The position numbers were made by a program, and so were the translations under genes. A DNA stretch of 64,000 nucleotides from Vulcanimicrobiota bacterium (lineage in GTDB: Bacteria > Vulcanimicrobiota > Vulcanimicrobiia > Vulcanimicrobiales > Vulcanimicrobiaceae), in contig CAVTCS010000003.1 of NCBI GenBank assembly GCA_963733295.1, positions 512,001 through 576,000 of the forward strand, in the 5' to 3' direction. Below are positions 49,057-58,707 of the stretch, piece after piece. Numbering within the stretch: the stretch's first letter is position 1; every line of letters starts with the position of its first letter. Below the pieces are notes generated by a model. It did no database searches, was not told where the DNA came from, and saw only the letters and a list, made by a program, of their open reading frames with translations.

Positions 49057-50722
49057 GCCCATCCCGCCGCACGAAGAAGCGCATACCGTGCACCGTGCCG
49101 GCCAGCCGATAGTCGTGCCGTACGATTTCGGCTAGCTGCGGAAACATCTCGTAGCCGAACGCGTTGTTTCCGAAGCCGAACGACTCACTGCCCGCATCGA
49201 GAAATCCGAGCGGGCGGTTCTTTTTGAAATCGTCGATGTAGCGCGCCCGGAAATAGTCGAGATAAGGATTGTAGACGCGACTGACGTCGTATTGCGCGAT
49301 CGAATCGCGCGTGCCGAGCAGCGTGTAGGTGTCGACGTAGTATTTGGCGCGCCAACCCCAAATCGCGAGCCGGTCACCGGGCCGCAGATATTGCTTCATG
49401 AGGGCGTCGAGCGGGTCGTGCGCTCCGTAGTAGTAGTCGTAGACCACGCCGATGTAGGGGTAGCCCGGGCGCGCGAACGCCGACGTCGCGATGAGGCTCG
49501 CGAGCACGAACGTTCCGGCTATGAACGCGCGCTTGGTGCCCGTGCTCGAGCTCTCGGCAAAGGCGCTCCCCAAAAGAGCGAGCGCCACCGCGGCGGAAGC
49601 TGCCCCGGGGAGCACGGCAAAGAGAACGTAGTGGACGGATCCGTGTCGCGGCGAGTAGACCGTGTAGATCGCCGTGCCGAGCAGCACCAGCGCCGCGCCG
49701 AAGGCGTTGCGTTGCGCCGGCGCGATCCGCTTCCAGGCGATGCCGAGCGCAAGCGCGCCCAGAAGCGTCGTCACCAGCAGGACGTCGACGAGCGGCCCAA
49801 CCTCTTGCGTGGTCGTGAGAAACGTGAAGGGCATGTACTCGAAGAGAATGTAGGCGAGACCCATCTGAACGTACGAGATCCAGAAATCGCGCAGGCCGCC
49901 GGCCAGCGCAACGGTCCCGAGCGTAATGGCCGGGACGGCGAGAAGCCCTGCGAACAGTTCGCCGGCGCGTTCCGCTTTGCGCCACGCGGAAAGCTTCGGA
50001 GCTGCCAGAATGACGGTGAGGCTCACGAGCGCGAGTCCGGCCGACAGCGGCGCCGACTGCAGTTTCGCGAGCGGCATCGTTCCGCCGAGCAATCCGATCC
50101 CGAAAAACCACCAAGGGCCGAGGCCGTTCCGGACGGCTAGGCAGAGCAGCGCGACGGCTACGGAGCAAAGGAATATCGAAAGCCGTTCGCTCGAGTAGTG
50201 GACCAGTTCGTTTTGCGTCAACAGCGCGAACAAGAACAGTGGCGGAAGGACGGCAACTCGCGCCAAGGCGGCATCGAAAAGCGCGCGCGTCGCAACGTAG
50301 AGCGACGCGATCGCTCCGAACTCGAGCAGCATCGAGACGACTCGAGTTGAGAAAAAGCTCAGGCGCAGACCGAGCAGCGCCGGAAGATCCAAAACGTACG
50401 TATTAAACGGGCCGGAGGTGGTACCGTCGAAATCGACCCAGGGGATCGGGTGATGCAGTGCCGTGATCGCCTGGGCGAGCATCTGAGCTTCGTCTTGATT
50501 GAGCGCGTCGAACACGAAGAAGGTCGGCCAGCGCGAGCCTACGAGCGCTAGTAAGACGAGGCCGAGGTAAGCGAGGGTCGCGTTGCGCGTCCGGAACCAA
50601 GCGTCAAGTTGCGGGGAATACACGCTCCAGACGCCGAGAATCGCCACACCGAAGAGCAAGCTCAAACTGACCTGTTCGTAGTTCGCTTGACTTGAATCGG
50701 CCCAAAAGAGGAAGTCGGTCAT
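49040..50722 (-). CDS. Polytopic membrane protein, GT-C (ArnT/PMT-like) glycosyltransferase candidate
   Basis: LNQDEAQ acidic loop after the first helices, many TM segments and a soluble C-terminal domain. Confidence 0.65.
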   Translation of the reverse strand: MTDFLFWADSSQANYEQVSLSLLFGVAILGVWSVYSPQLDAWFRTRNATLAYLGLVLLALVGSRWPTFFVFDALNQDEAQMLAQAITALHHPIPWVDFDGTTSGPFNTYVLDLPALLGLRLSFFSTRVVSMLLEFGAIASLYVATRALFDAALARVAVLPPLFLFALLTQNELVHYSSERLSIFLCSVAVALLCLAVRNGLGPWWFFGIGLLGGTMPLAKLQSAPLSAGLALVSLTVILAAPKLSAWRKAERAGELFAGLLAVPAITLGTVALAGGLRDFWISYVQMGLAYILFEYMPFTFLTTTQEVGPLVDVLLVTTLLGALALGIAWKRIAPAQRNAFGAALVLLGTAIYTVYSPRHGSVHYVLFAVLPGAASAAVALALLGSAFAESSSTGTKRAFIAGTFVLASLIATSAFARPGYPYIGVVYDYYYGAHDPLDALMKQYLRPGDRLAIWGWRAKYYVDTYTLLGTRDSIAQYDVSRVYNPYLDYFRARYIDDFKKNRPLGFLDAGSESFGFGNNAFGYEMFPQLAEIVRHDYRLAGTVHGMRFFVRRDGLSEVR

Positions 50723-50832
50723 CGCCGCAAGGTGGCGCCTGCGCGCATTGCAGCCGCCTTCGCTGGCGACGCAGGCCGTCCATTCGAGCGGTTCTCACAA
50801 GTGACTGAGAACCGGGTACAGCTCGAGTTGCG

Positions 50833-50946
50833 CTAGCTCTCGTCGGTTTTTTTCAAGAGATTGGCGAACAGCGCGCTGTCGACCAGAACGAGAATCCCCA
50901 CGATGACGGCTAGGGTGACGGCGACGAATCGAATCAAGCCCCACAT
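50833..50946 (-). CDS. Putative 37-aa single-TM protein
   Basis: Manual translation MWGLIRFVAVTLAVIVGILVLVDSALFANLLKKTDES. Confidence 0.45.
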   Translation of the reverse strand: MWGLIRFVAVTLAVIVGILVLVDSALFANLLKKTDES

Positions 50947-50964
50947 TCTGCGCCTGTGCCCGGC

Positions 50965-51105
50965 CTAGTCTTGGACTTCGGGATCGACGTTGTCGGGTGA
51001 CTCATCGTCGTCGTCATCATCGTCGTCATCGTCGTCCGGGTCGAGGTCGGGATCGAGCGTGCGGGCGAGAAGCTCGCGAAAGTCTGGCTCGAGCGTGGTC
51101 GTCAT
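50965..51105 (-). CDS. 46-aa poly-Asp peptide
   Basis: MTTTLEPDFRELLARTLDPDLDP(D)11ESPDNVDPEVQD; AGGAG RBS; mixed GAC/GAT codons. Confidence 0.6.
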   Translation of the reverse strand: MTTTLEPDFRELLARTLDPDLDPDDDDDDDDDDDESPDNVDPEVQD

Positions 51106-51245
51106 GCGGTCTCCTGCGGCGGCCGCCGCTGCCTGAAGGTCTTTGATGTTTACCCACGCGAGGGAATCCTATCGATGTTTTTCGCCAAGGCCGCGGCAGC
51201 GCCGCCGGCGGGCAAGGACCTCCTCGTGTGACGGGTCCGGCGAAG

Positions 51246-51272
51246 GGAACCTTTCGCCTGAAAAAGGACGTA
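51246..51272 (+). promoter_or_regulatory. Possible ECF-sigma promoter
   Basis: GGAACC-N17-CGTA ending 14 nt before the S8 protease ATG. Confidence 0.3.
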
Positions 51273-51286
51273 GCGTACTTGTGCGT

Positions 51287-53122
51287 ATGACTTCGCAGCG
51301 CGTTTTCCGCCGGGTATCCTGGTTGGTCGCGAGTACGATTCTGTTGGCGGGGTGCAGCGGCGGCAGCACGTTCTCGCCCAGGGGTTCCGCGTCCCCGACG
51401 CCTTTGCCGACCGGTGCTGCCGCGGCATTCGTTTGTCCCAGCAGCGCCGCGTCCACGTCCGCCGCGCGCTCGAGCGCGCAGAGCGAGCGTCGCCGGCTGC
51501 CCGAGCGGCACGTTGCCGCGGCCGGACCGGCGAGCACCGGCCTCATCGCGGTTTCCTATTCGCGCTCGCAAGCCCAGACCTCGCATGCCGCGCTGGTCAA
51601 CCGCGAGCTGTCGGTCGGAGCGTCTCTGGTGCGCGAGTACGATTTTCCAAACGTGGGTCGCGTGACGCGCGTCTTATCGGTCGCTCCCGCTCGAGCCGCA
51701 AGCGTCGAAGCCACGTTACGCTCGCAGCCCGGAGTGCTCGCCGTCGGCGACACCGGCGTGCGCCGCTATGCCTCCGCAGTGACGACCCCGTTCTTCCCAA
51801 ACGATCCGTATTTCACGGGCTTCGCGACAACCGAAGCGCCGGCTCCTGGAGCCTCCCCGCCGCCGCCGACCTTTGAGGTTGGGCCTTTGGAAGAGAGCGC
51901 CAGCGTGCCGGGTCAATGGAACATGCACGCGATCCAGCTCGAGCACGCTTTCGCGTACTCGCAACCCGGCAACGGCAGCGGTCTATCGAATCCGAAAGCG
52001 CTCGGTTCGAGTGCGGTGAAGATCGCGATCATCGACACCGGTGAAGACAGCACGCACCCCGACCTGAGCGGCAAGCTCGTCTATCAGAAGTGCTACATCA
52101 CGAGTCCGAGCCACGTGCGGTCGACTTCGAATTTCTCGACCGACGAGCTCGGACACGGCACCGACGTTTCGGGGCTCGCCGCTGCGACTCTGGGGAACGG
52201 CTTCGGCTTTACCGGCGCCGGCGGCAACGTCGTACTGTACGGCTACCGCGTGTTCCCCACGCCGGACGACAATTGTTTGAATTCTATGACGAGCGACCCG
52301 CAGTGCGGCGCGGACGATGGGGACATCATTTCGGCGATCAACGATGCGGTCGCGCAACACGTCAACGTCATAAGCATGAGTCTCGGTGAAGGTAGCTGCT
52401 CTAGCGGCGGAGCCGATCCGGATCCGCTCGAGGGTGACGCGGTTGCAAATGCGATCGCGGCGAACATCGTGGTCGTGGCTGCGTCGGGAAACGATAGCAG
52501 CCCGGGATCGATTGTCGCGCTGGAAGCTCCGGCCTGCGACAGAGGCGTCATCGCCGCCGGCGCGACCGGTCTCGCGGACGGCCAGCCGAACGGCGCCGGC
52601 AATTCAAACGGCACCGCTAGCAATCCGTTCGAGTATGTCGCTTCCTACTCAAATGCCGGTTCGCCGGGTGCGGCCCCCAATAGTCCGACTGCCTGGGGAC
52701 TCGTCGCGCCGGGCGCCGATCCGTCCCCACAGGAAGCAGCCTCCTCGGCGCCGGGTGACAATTTGCACTGGATCTGGGACATTTGGACGACGACTCCCTA
52801 CCAGGCGTCGCCGACGGATCAATCGTTCACCGGCGAGTGCAGCGACGATTACCCAAACTCAACCTCGGTGGTTCCACCCGTCGACTGCCGCGTCGAGATT
52901 GCCGGCACTTCGATGTCGGCCCCACTCGTAGCCGGCGCCGCGGCGCTCGTTCTTTCGGTGAATCCTACCTATCAGAGCGCGTCGGCAATGAAACAACTGC
53001 TTTGTTCGACGGCAGACGACATCGGCGATCCGCACGAAGGTTGCGGGCGCCTCAACGTCTACCGCGCGATGGCGGCGGCGTTGGGAGACCCGAGCCCCCC
53101 GCCGGTATCGGGATCCCCGTAG
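51287..53122 (+). CDS. Subtilisin-like S8 serine protease, lipoprotein
   Basis: Lipobox LAGC; triad IDTG, HGT and GTSMS; oxyanion AASGN. Confidence 0.92.
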   Translation: MTSQRVFRRVSWLVASTILLAGCSGGSTFSPRGSASPTPLPTGAAAAFVCPSSAASTSAARSSAQSERRRLPERHVAAAGPASTGLIAVSYSRSQAQTSHAALVNRELSVGASLVREYDFPNVGRVTRVLSVAPARAASVEATLRSQPGVLAVGDTGVRRYASAVTTPFFPNDPYFTGFATTEAPAPGASPPPPTFEVGPLEESASVPGQWNMHAIQLEHAFAYSQPGNGSGLSNPKALGSSAVKIAIIDTGEDSTHPDLSGKLVYQKCYITSPSHVRSTSNFSTDELGHGTDVSGLAAATLGNGFGFTGAGGNVVLYGYRVFPTPDDNCLNSMTSDPQCGADDGDIISAINDAVAQHVNVISMSLGEGSCSSGGADPDPLEGDAVANAIAANIVVVAASGNDSSPGSIVALEAPACDRGVIAAGATGLADGQPNGAGNSNGTASNPFEYVASYSNAGSPGAAPNSPTAWGLVAPGADPSPQEAASSAPGDNLHWIWDIWTTTPYQASPTDQSFTGECSDDYPNSTSVVPPVDCRVEIAGTSMSAPLVAGAAALVLSVNPTYQSASAMKQLLCSTADDIGDPHEGCGRLNVYRAMAAALGDPSPPPVSGSP

Positions 53123-53123
53123 C

Positions 53124-54752
53124 CTACATGACCTGAATCTTCGCCATCATCCCGGCGTCTTCGTGGTCGATGATGTGGCAGTGATAGAGAAACGTGCCGC
53201 GGATGACGGGGTCGCGGAAATCGATGAGCACGGTCGTCACGCTCGGTGAAGTCGTCCCGTCGGCGTTGTGAATCTGCGGCGGTAAGTTGAAGGTGTCGCG
53301 CCAGTGTTGTTGCGACGCAGGCACGGCCACTCCGTTAACGCTCGTAGCGACGAAGTGCACCTGGTGAATGTGAAAGTCGTGGACTTCGTCCGTTTCGTTT
53401 TCGAGCGTCCATAGCTCGACCGTTCCGACGTGAGAGGTGATCGCCGGCGGTGCGCTTGGGTCGTACGTGACGCCGTTGAGGTAGTAAACAGTCTGAGTAC
53501 TGTTCTCTTGGAACTCGATCGTGTGCGAAGCCGAAGGCGGCGGTAGCGGGTCGCGATACGCCGACGGATGCAACGTCGGACGATGTTTTTTCGCGGCCGG
53601 AACGCGCCAATTGCTCGAGGTGCCGTTGTCGTTCACCAACATGCCGATGACGTCGCCCGGATCCGGATCGCCGACCGGTCCCGAATCGAAGGGCAGCGTG
53701 CGCAGCGTCGTCGGGGCGCCTTGACCGGTGACCACGAACTCGGCGCGGCCCGAAGGCGGCACGACGATATCGGGCACGGTCTCCGATGCCGCACTTCCAG
53801 AGAAGTCGCGCAGTGGAACGCCGTCCTGCGAGACGAGCTCGAGAGTTTCCCCGTCGACCGCAAGATCGAGATAACGCCCCACCGATGCGTTGACGACGCG
53901 AAACAGCTCGCGTTCTCCGGGCTTGATGCCGATCGCGACGGTCGAGGAGTCGATGTTGTTGACGGTGAGCGGGACCGGAGCCGAACCGGCTGCGGGACGA
54001 GGCTCGCTCGCGAGGTTGTTGAGAAACGCAGCGCGTTGCGCCGGCGGGAGGCGATTCAACCCGCAGTAACGCGCGGCCAACGCTCTCCGCCGGTCGGTGA
54101 CGCCGGTCGTGAAGTGCTGACGTACGATCAACAGGCGCTGTCGCAAGCCTGCTACATCCGGAACTTCGTTCTCGATTCCGTCGATGATGATCGCGCCCGA
54201 CATGCCGTACCCGACCTGGTACGCGGCCTCGCCGTGCGGATGCGCGTGATACCAATACGCTCCCGGCGGTTGGTCCGGGTTTACGGTCACGTCGTACGTC
54301 GTCGAAAACCCGGGTTCGACGGCGTCGATGGAGTCGTCACCAGGCGCGATCGGCGACGACGTCAGCCCGTGAAAGTGAATGTTCGTCTCGTCGGGCAAAC
54401 CCATTGCGAGCTTGTCGGCTGCGGGCGGTAGGTTATTGAAAAGCTTCAGCTGGATTTGATCGCCTGGATTCACCTCGATCGTGGGCGCGACCAAACCGGT
54501 ACCGCTGTCCCAGGCATAGCTCGGCGTCAGGCCTTCGGCCAGAAGCGCCGATAAGGTCACCGACGCGACGCCGCCCGAGCTTTGCACGACCGGCGGTTCT
54601 GAGAAGTTGAGGCTCGGGCCCGCCGCACTGGCTGTCGGCGCCGGCCGGCCGGGCGCGGGTGAACCACCGCCGCCGTTGCAGCCTGAAAGCGAAACCAGCG
54701 ACAGTATGAACGTTGCCGTCACAGCTAGGCGTTGCACGAAGCTACCCTCCAC
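53124..54752 (-). CDS. Multicopper oxidase, lipoprotein
   Basis: Lipobox LSGC; HFHG, YWYHAHPH, HDFHIH and HCHIIDHEDAGMM. Confidence 0.93.
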   Translation of the reverse strand: MEGSFVQRLAVTATFILSLVSLSGCNGGGGSPAPGRPAPTASAAGPSLNFSEPPVVQSSGGVASVTLSALLAEGLTPSYAWDSGTGLVAPTIEVNPGDQIQLKLFNNLPPAADKLAMGLPDETNIHFHGLTSSPIAPGDDSIDAVEPGFSTTYDVTVNPDQPPGAYWYHAHPHGEAAYQVGYGMSGAIIIDGIENEVPDVAGLRQRLLIVRQHFTTGVTDRRRALAARYCGLNRLPPAQRAAFLNNLASEPRPAAGSAPVPLTVNNIDSSTVAIGIKPGERELFRVVNASVGRYLDLAVDGETLELVSQDGVPLRDFSGSAASETVPDIVVPPSGRAEFVVTGQGAPTTLRTLPFDSGPVGDPDPGDVIGMLVNDNGTSSNWRVPAAKKHRPTLHPSAYRDPLPPPSASHTIEFQENSTQTVYYLNGVTYDPSAPPAITSHVGTVELWTLENETDEVHDFHIHQVHFVATSVNGVAVPASQQHWRDTFNLPPQIHNADGTTSPSVTTVLIDFRDPVIRGTFLYHCHIIDHEDAGMMAKIQVM

Positions 54753-54926
54753 CTTGGGATTAGGGAGCGTCCTTCTTTCCTGTCAGGCTTAATCCCCGGC
54801 TGAAATTCGTTCGACGATAGACCTTTCGTCGGCAGCGAATTGCCAGGTTTGTCGCCGGCGTCATTGCAAAGACAGCCACTTTCCCAGACCCCGACCAACG
54901 CGATCGACCGCCAGTGTGCATCTTTT

Positions 54927-55541
54927 CTACTGGGACTCTTCGAGGTGGCGTTCGTTTTCGAGAAGCCGGGCGGTAATCAATCGAAGCAGGTAGACGCCGA
55001 AATCGGGATGTCTCCGATAGAGCGTGAAGAGCTCGTCCTGCGTCATCGAGAGCAAGCGTGTCTCGGTTGATGCCACCGCGCTTTGCGTGCGCCGATGTTC
55101 TGGGGAGAATATCGCCACCTCGCCGAGCAGAGAACCCGGTCCCAGATCGATGCCGGACTGGGGAAGATGCATTTTGCCCGAAACGATAAAGTACGTCTTG
55201 TCGCCCAGGTCGTTTCGGGCGAAGAGTTGTTCCCCAGCGTGCAGCTCGACAGGCTGCGCAAACGGTTCAAGCCAATCCATCCGAAGATCGCCTTTGATCG
55301 CACTCAGAATTCCGCTTTTCGTCTGGTTGATCTCCCACAAGCGCCAGATGTTGAGCGGAAGCAACAGCACGTGCAGAACGAGCACCGGGATGACGTGCCC
55401 GAACAGGCCATAAAGAATGAAGGCGACGTTGCTCGCGATGCCGACTTCGCGCAAGCGCGCTCGCGAGCGCATGAAAAACGTAGCGAAGACGAGCGCCGAA
55501 GCGAGGTACCCCAAGAACAAGATCGCGTTGGCCCACGTCAT
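54927..55541 (-). CDS. Membrane-anchored cyclic-nucleotide-binding protein
   Basis: Three short TMs (GYLAS.LV..TF.M, LR..GIASN, LLPLN..RL), then a cNMP domain (LGEVAIF..RRTQSAVA); no HTH. Confidence 0.85.
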   Translation of the reverse strand: MTWANAILFLGYLASALVFATFFMRSRARLREVGIASNVAFILYGLFGHVIPVLVLHVLLLPLNIWRLWEINQTKSGILSAIKGDLRMDWLEPFAQPVELHAGEQLFARNDLGDKTYFIVSGKMHLPQSGIDLGPGSLLGEVAIFSPEHRRTQSAVASTETRLLSMTQDELFTLYRRHPDFGVYLLRLITARLLENERHLEESQ

Positions 55542-55706
55542 CCCGTATGCCCCCTCGTATTGCAATCAGACGTTGGCCCTTCGGCGTGGCTGTCCTCGAC
55601 CGGACGTGACGCTGCTGCACCCGCGCGCCAACGCTTGCTCACTTGCCCGAGTTAGATCGTAACTCGGTTCCGAGCGGCGAGCACTTGATGCAGTTCGGTC
55701 TAGTCG

Positions 55707-56258
55707 GTGCCGCTGAACGCGGGTTGCCCGAGGAAGGTTAAACTCAGTGCGGGTATTCGAGAAAGGTTGACAGATCTCGATTTCGTCGCTTGCAGCGTCG
55801 ACGGGATCGTGCGAGAGTTTGCGTGCGACTTTCTCGTCTCGCACTACCACAGAGCGCGTCCAGGCGTGCCGAAGGCGCTCCTGCAACTCGTTGATCCGAT
55901 CGCGTGTCTTCGCATCGATATTTTTCCCGACCGTAATGGAGTCATCGCGCAGGCAAATCGTGCGGTCGTAGGAGGTACGTCGCCGCTCATCATCGATGGA
56001 AGCAACATTCTGGAGCACAAGCTCCAGACGATCCGCATGGCATCGGCTGGGAGCCCTGCCGATCCAAAGCACTGGGTCGATGCGCGGGCACTCGCCGAGA
56101 TCAACGGATGGGCTCTACCCGCGCTGAACCTTCACCTTGCGCCGGCGATTTATTGCACCGACGTCGAGGAACGCTGCTCGCGCTGCGAACTGAGCCTTTC
56201 GCCGGATTTCCCCTTGGCGCCGAAGCCTGAAATCCTACGCACGCTCGGTTACGTTTAA
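55707..56258 (+). CDS. Hypothetical protein
   Basis: Open frame with plausible composition; no recognised motif and no clear RBS. Confidence 0.35.
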   Translation: MPLNAGCPRKVKLSAGIRERLTDLDFVACSVDGIVREFACDFLVSHYHRARPGVPKALLQLVDPIACLRIDIFPDRNGVIAQANRAVVGGTSPLIIDGSNILEHKLQTIRMASAGSPADPKHWVDARALAEINGWALPALNLHLAPAIYCTDVEERCSRCELSLSPDFPLAPKPEILRTLGYV

Positions 56259-56465
56259 GAATGAGGGCAATTACGCTACATTCGTGTCGAGAGGGCTCGT
56301 GTTAGATACCGCCCAGTATAGCGCCGCGCGTAAAGCTGGTGACAGCGTAAGAAATCGCGTCCCGGGACGCGAACGTGACTCATCCGTGACCTAATGGCGT
56401 TCGTAAGATCAAAGCGACCGAAGTCCAATGTCGAAAAACCTTGTGGTGTAACGACGTCCCATCAT

Positions 56466-56504
56466 GGAGAGGTGGCAGAGCGGTTTAATGCAGCGGTCTT
56501 GAAA
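56466..56504 (+). repeat. 5'-half copy of tRNA-Ser(UGA), putative att site
   Basis: 36 of 39 nt identical to 61099-61137; identity stops exactly after the anticodon loop CTTGAAA. Confidence 0.85.
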
Positions 56505-57056
56505 TGTTTGCAGCTAGCCTCAACAAGTCCTCGCAAGTATCAATTGAGGACGATCACTGGACTTATCGGAGCTAATCCGACCCAATCGTGTCTTATTCGG
56601 TGAGAAGAATCTGTTTTCTCACATTGCTCATGGCAGAAGGGTCCTCCGCGACTCAGCACTGACCTCTTACATGCGAAGCAAGAAAGGCGCCAAACCGCGG
56701 TCCCGTAAAAAGCGGAAGAAATAGCCTGAAAGATCTGTGAAATAAGTTTCCGGCGGCTCCGGGCTTCCGCCGGCGTCCGATTTTCCGCGCGACCTGTCGT
56801 GCAATTGTCGTATTTTTTCGTTCGCGTGGCCCAGCGGGACGCGAACCGTGATTTTGGGGTTCTTGGGGGATCGTGTCGCAACGCGCTTCCCGGAAGCGCC
56901 TATGAACATTCTGTGGCGCAGCTCAGGGCTGCGCCGCCAACGGGAAGTCGAACGTTTCGATCGGACGCCGCGCCGTGATTTTTCGTCCCGCGCGCACGGC
57001 TCGAGTCAACCCGCGCCGCCAACCCCCGCCCGGTGTTCCAATTTTAGGTAGACATT

Positions 57057-57086
57057 TGGGTAGACCACCCGTGGGTAGACCACCCG
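57057..57086. repeat. Perfect 15-bp tandem repeat
   Basis: TGGGTAGACCACCCG x2, preceded by a third GGTAGAC at 57047. Confidence 0.85.
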
Positions 57087-57124
57087 GGTCACGCTGCAGA
57101 TTTTCGGGGTCGCCCGCGCGTATT

Positions 57125-57461
57125 CGCATGGTCTTTGACCGCCAGTTTGCTAGGCTTGCCGGCAGAGCGCGGGAAGATGCAAGGCTGCGTGCCCGCGTTG
57201 TGTGCAGCGTTTGGACGAACGTGCCAGCGCCCACGCGCGCTTCGAGAAAGCACTCTGCGATTGTTTGCTGGAGCGCCGCCGTCACGGTACTGCACAGACA
57301 CCGAGGCGTTTGGCGAACTCGCGGCTCGGCAGCAAACGGGCACCGGCCGGAAAGAATCCGCTCCGAATGCCCTCGCGCAGACGCCGTAAGAGCTGACACC
57401 CCAGTGGTTCGCTCGAGGTCCGGTCGGGGAGCAGCGGCTCAAGGTCGATTGGCACCTTCAT
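57125..57461 (-). pseudogene. Frameshifted, truncated MocR/GabR regulator
   Basis: MKVPIDLEPLLPDRTSSEPLG..LLPSRE matches the 60591 gene; frameshift near 57290 continues as STVTAALQQ..LEARVGAGTFV; PLP domain absent. 3' end approximate. Confidence 0.82.
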
Positions 57462-57468
57462 AATACCA

Positions 57469-57508
57469 CGTATTGGCCCAATACGAAGGTCCAATCCTCG
57501 GTTAGAAT
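57469..57508. promoter_or_regulatory. Putative MocR operator and -10 box
   Basis: Palindrome CGTATTGG-C-CCAATACG, then GGTCCAAT and TAGAAT; conserved at 60599-60638. Confidence 0.6.
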
Positions 57509-57520
57509 GAGCCCATCCCA

Positions 57521-58606
57521 TTGAAGAACAAAATCACGAGACTTCTGCTGGCTGTAACGCTGCTTGCTGCCTCGGCCGCGCCTGCACCGGTGTACACGCC
57601 TTACCCGGCCGCCCCGACGGCGCGCGACGGACGCAACGATTTCAATTTTGCATATGGAACGTGGCGTACGCACTACCGCATACTCAAAGATCGGTTGGTC
57701 GGCAGCCACCAGTGGTACGAGTGCCACGGCACCTCGGTCTTTCGCCCGTTTTGGGGCGGCAGCGGAAATCTCGAAGACGGGGATATGAAATGCCCGAACC
57801 GGTATATCGGCTTGATGACGCTTCGCCTCTACGATGCGCAAACGCACCAATGGACGCTTTGGTGGGGAACGAAAAAGCTCGGCATCCAGCCACCGCCGCA
57901 AGTCGGGCATTTCGATGCAAACGGCGTCGGCGACTTCTACTCGTACGATAACTGGAAGGGCACCCCCATTATTGTCCGTTTCCACTGGACCAAAGTGAAC
58001 GGCAATCCCCACTTTGAACAAGGGTTCTCTACCGACGGCGGAAAGTCGTGGGAAATCAACTGGATTACCGACACGGAGCGCGTGTCATCTTCTAGCAAAG
58101 GCGCGTGGAACGCAACTGCGCCGGTCGGCGACGGACACAACGGTTTCGACTTTCTGATTGGGACTTGGCGAACGCATTACATGCAGCTGCGCCATCCGTT
58201 AAGCGACAGTCACGATTGGTTCGCATGCGACGGTACGTCTTCCGTCCGGCCTTTTTGGGGTGGAAGCGCTGGCATCGAGGACGACGATCTCCATTGTCCG
58301 GCGCAGCACATCGTGGGCGTGACGGTTCGCTTGTACGATCCGGTTACGCACGAGTGGTCGCTCTACTCGGGAACGCAGAAGCGGGGCTTGGCGCTCCGGC
58401 CGCAGGTCGGCAAATTCGGCGCAGACGGCGCCGGCGATTTCTTCGGCCTCGATACGTTCGAAGGCAAACCGATCGTCGTGCGTTACCGTTGGGCTGAGCA
58501 CAACGGTAACCCGCGCTTCGAAGAAGCGTTCTCGGCGGACAAAGGTAACGCGTGGCAGACCGTCTCGACGACCGACTACGAACGCGTTACGCGGCCGGCG
58601 CGTTGA
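57521..58606 (+). CDS. Secreted protein with two tandem DUF1579-like domains
   Basis: Signal peptide; repeats DGRNDFNFAYGTWRTHY...FSTDGGKSWE and DGHNGFDFLIGTWRTHY...FSADKGNAWQ. Confidence 0.8.
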   Translation: MKNKITRLLLAVTLLAASAAPAPVYTPYPAAPTARDGRNDFNFAYGTWRTHYRILKDRLVGSHQWYECHGTSVFRPFWGGSGNLEDGDMKCPNRYIGLMTLRLYDAQTHQWTLWWGTKKLGIQPPPQVGHFDANGVGDFYSYDNWKGTPIIVRFHWTKVNGNPHFEQGFSTDGGKSWEINWITDTERVSSSSKGAWNATAPVGDGHNGFDFLIGTWRTHYMQLRHPLSDSHDWFACDGTSSVRPFWGGSAGIEDDDLHCPAQHIVGVTVRLYDPVTHEWSLYSGTQKRGLALRPQVGKFGADGAGDFFGLDTFEGKPIVVRYRWAEHNGNPRFEEAFSADKGNAWQTVSTTDYERVTRPAR

Positions 58607-58707
58607 TCAGCGACGTTCCACGGTGTTACTTTAGAGCCGTGGTAAGCGTTCTTGCTCGTTTCGAAATTCAGCGATGATGAGTGGCTGCGCCAGCAACAGC
58701 AGCCCGT

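Noticed and set aside
50965..51105. Acidic peptide as Pup/UBact or a RiPP precursor
   Set aside because: No C-terminal GGE/GGQ, and no proteasome, ligase or modification genes nearby.
57047..57086. Short repeats here and at 61006 and 61245 as a CRISPR array
   Set aside because: Only 2-3 short adjacent units, no spacers and no cas genes.
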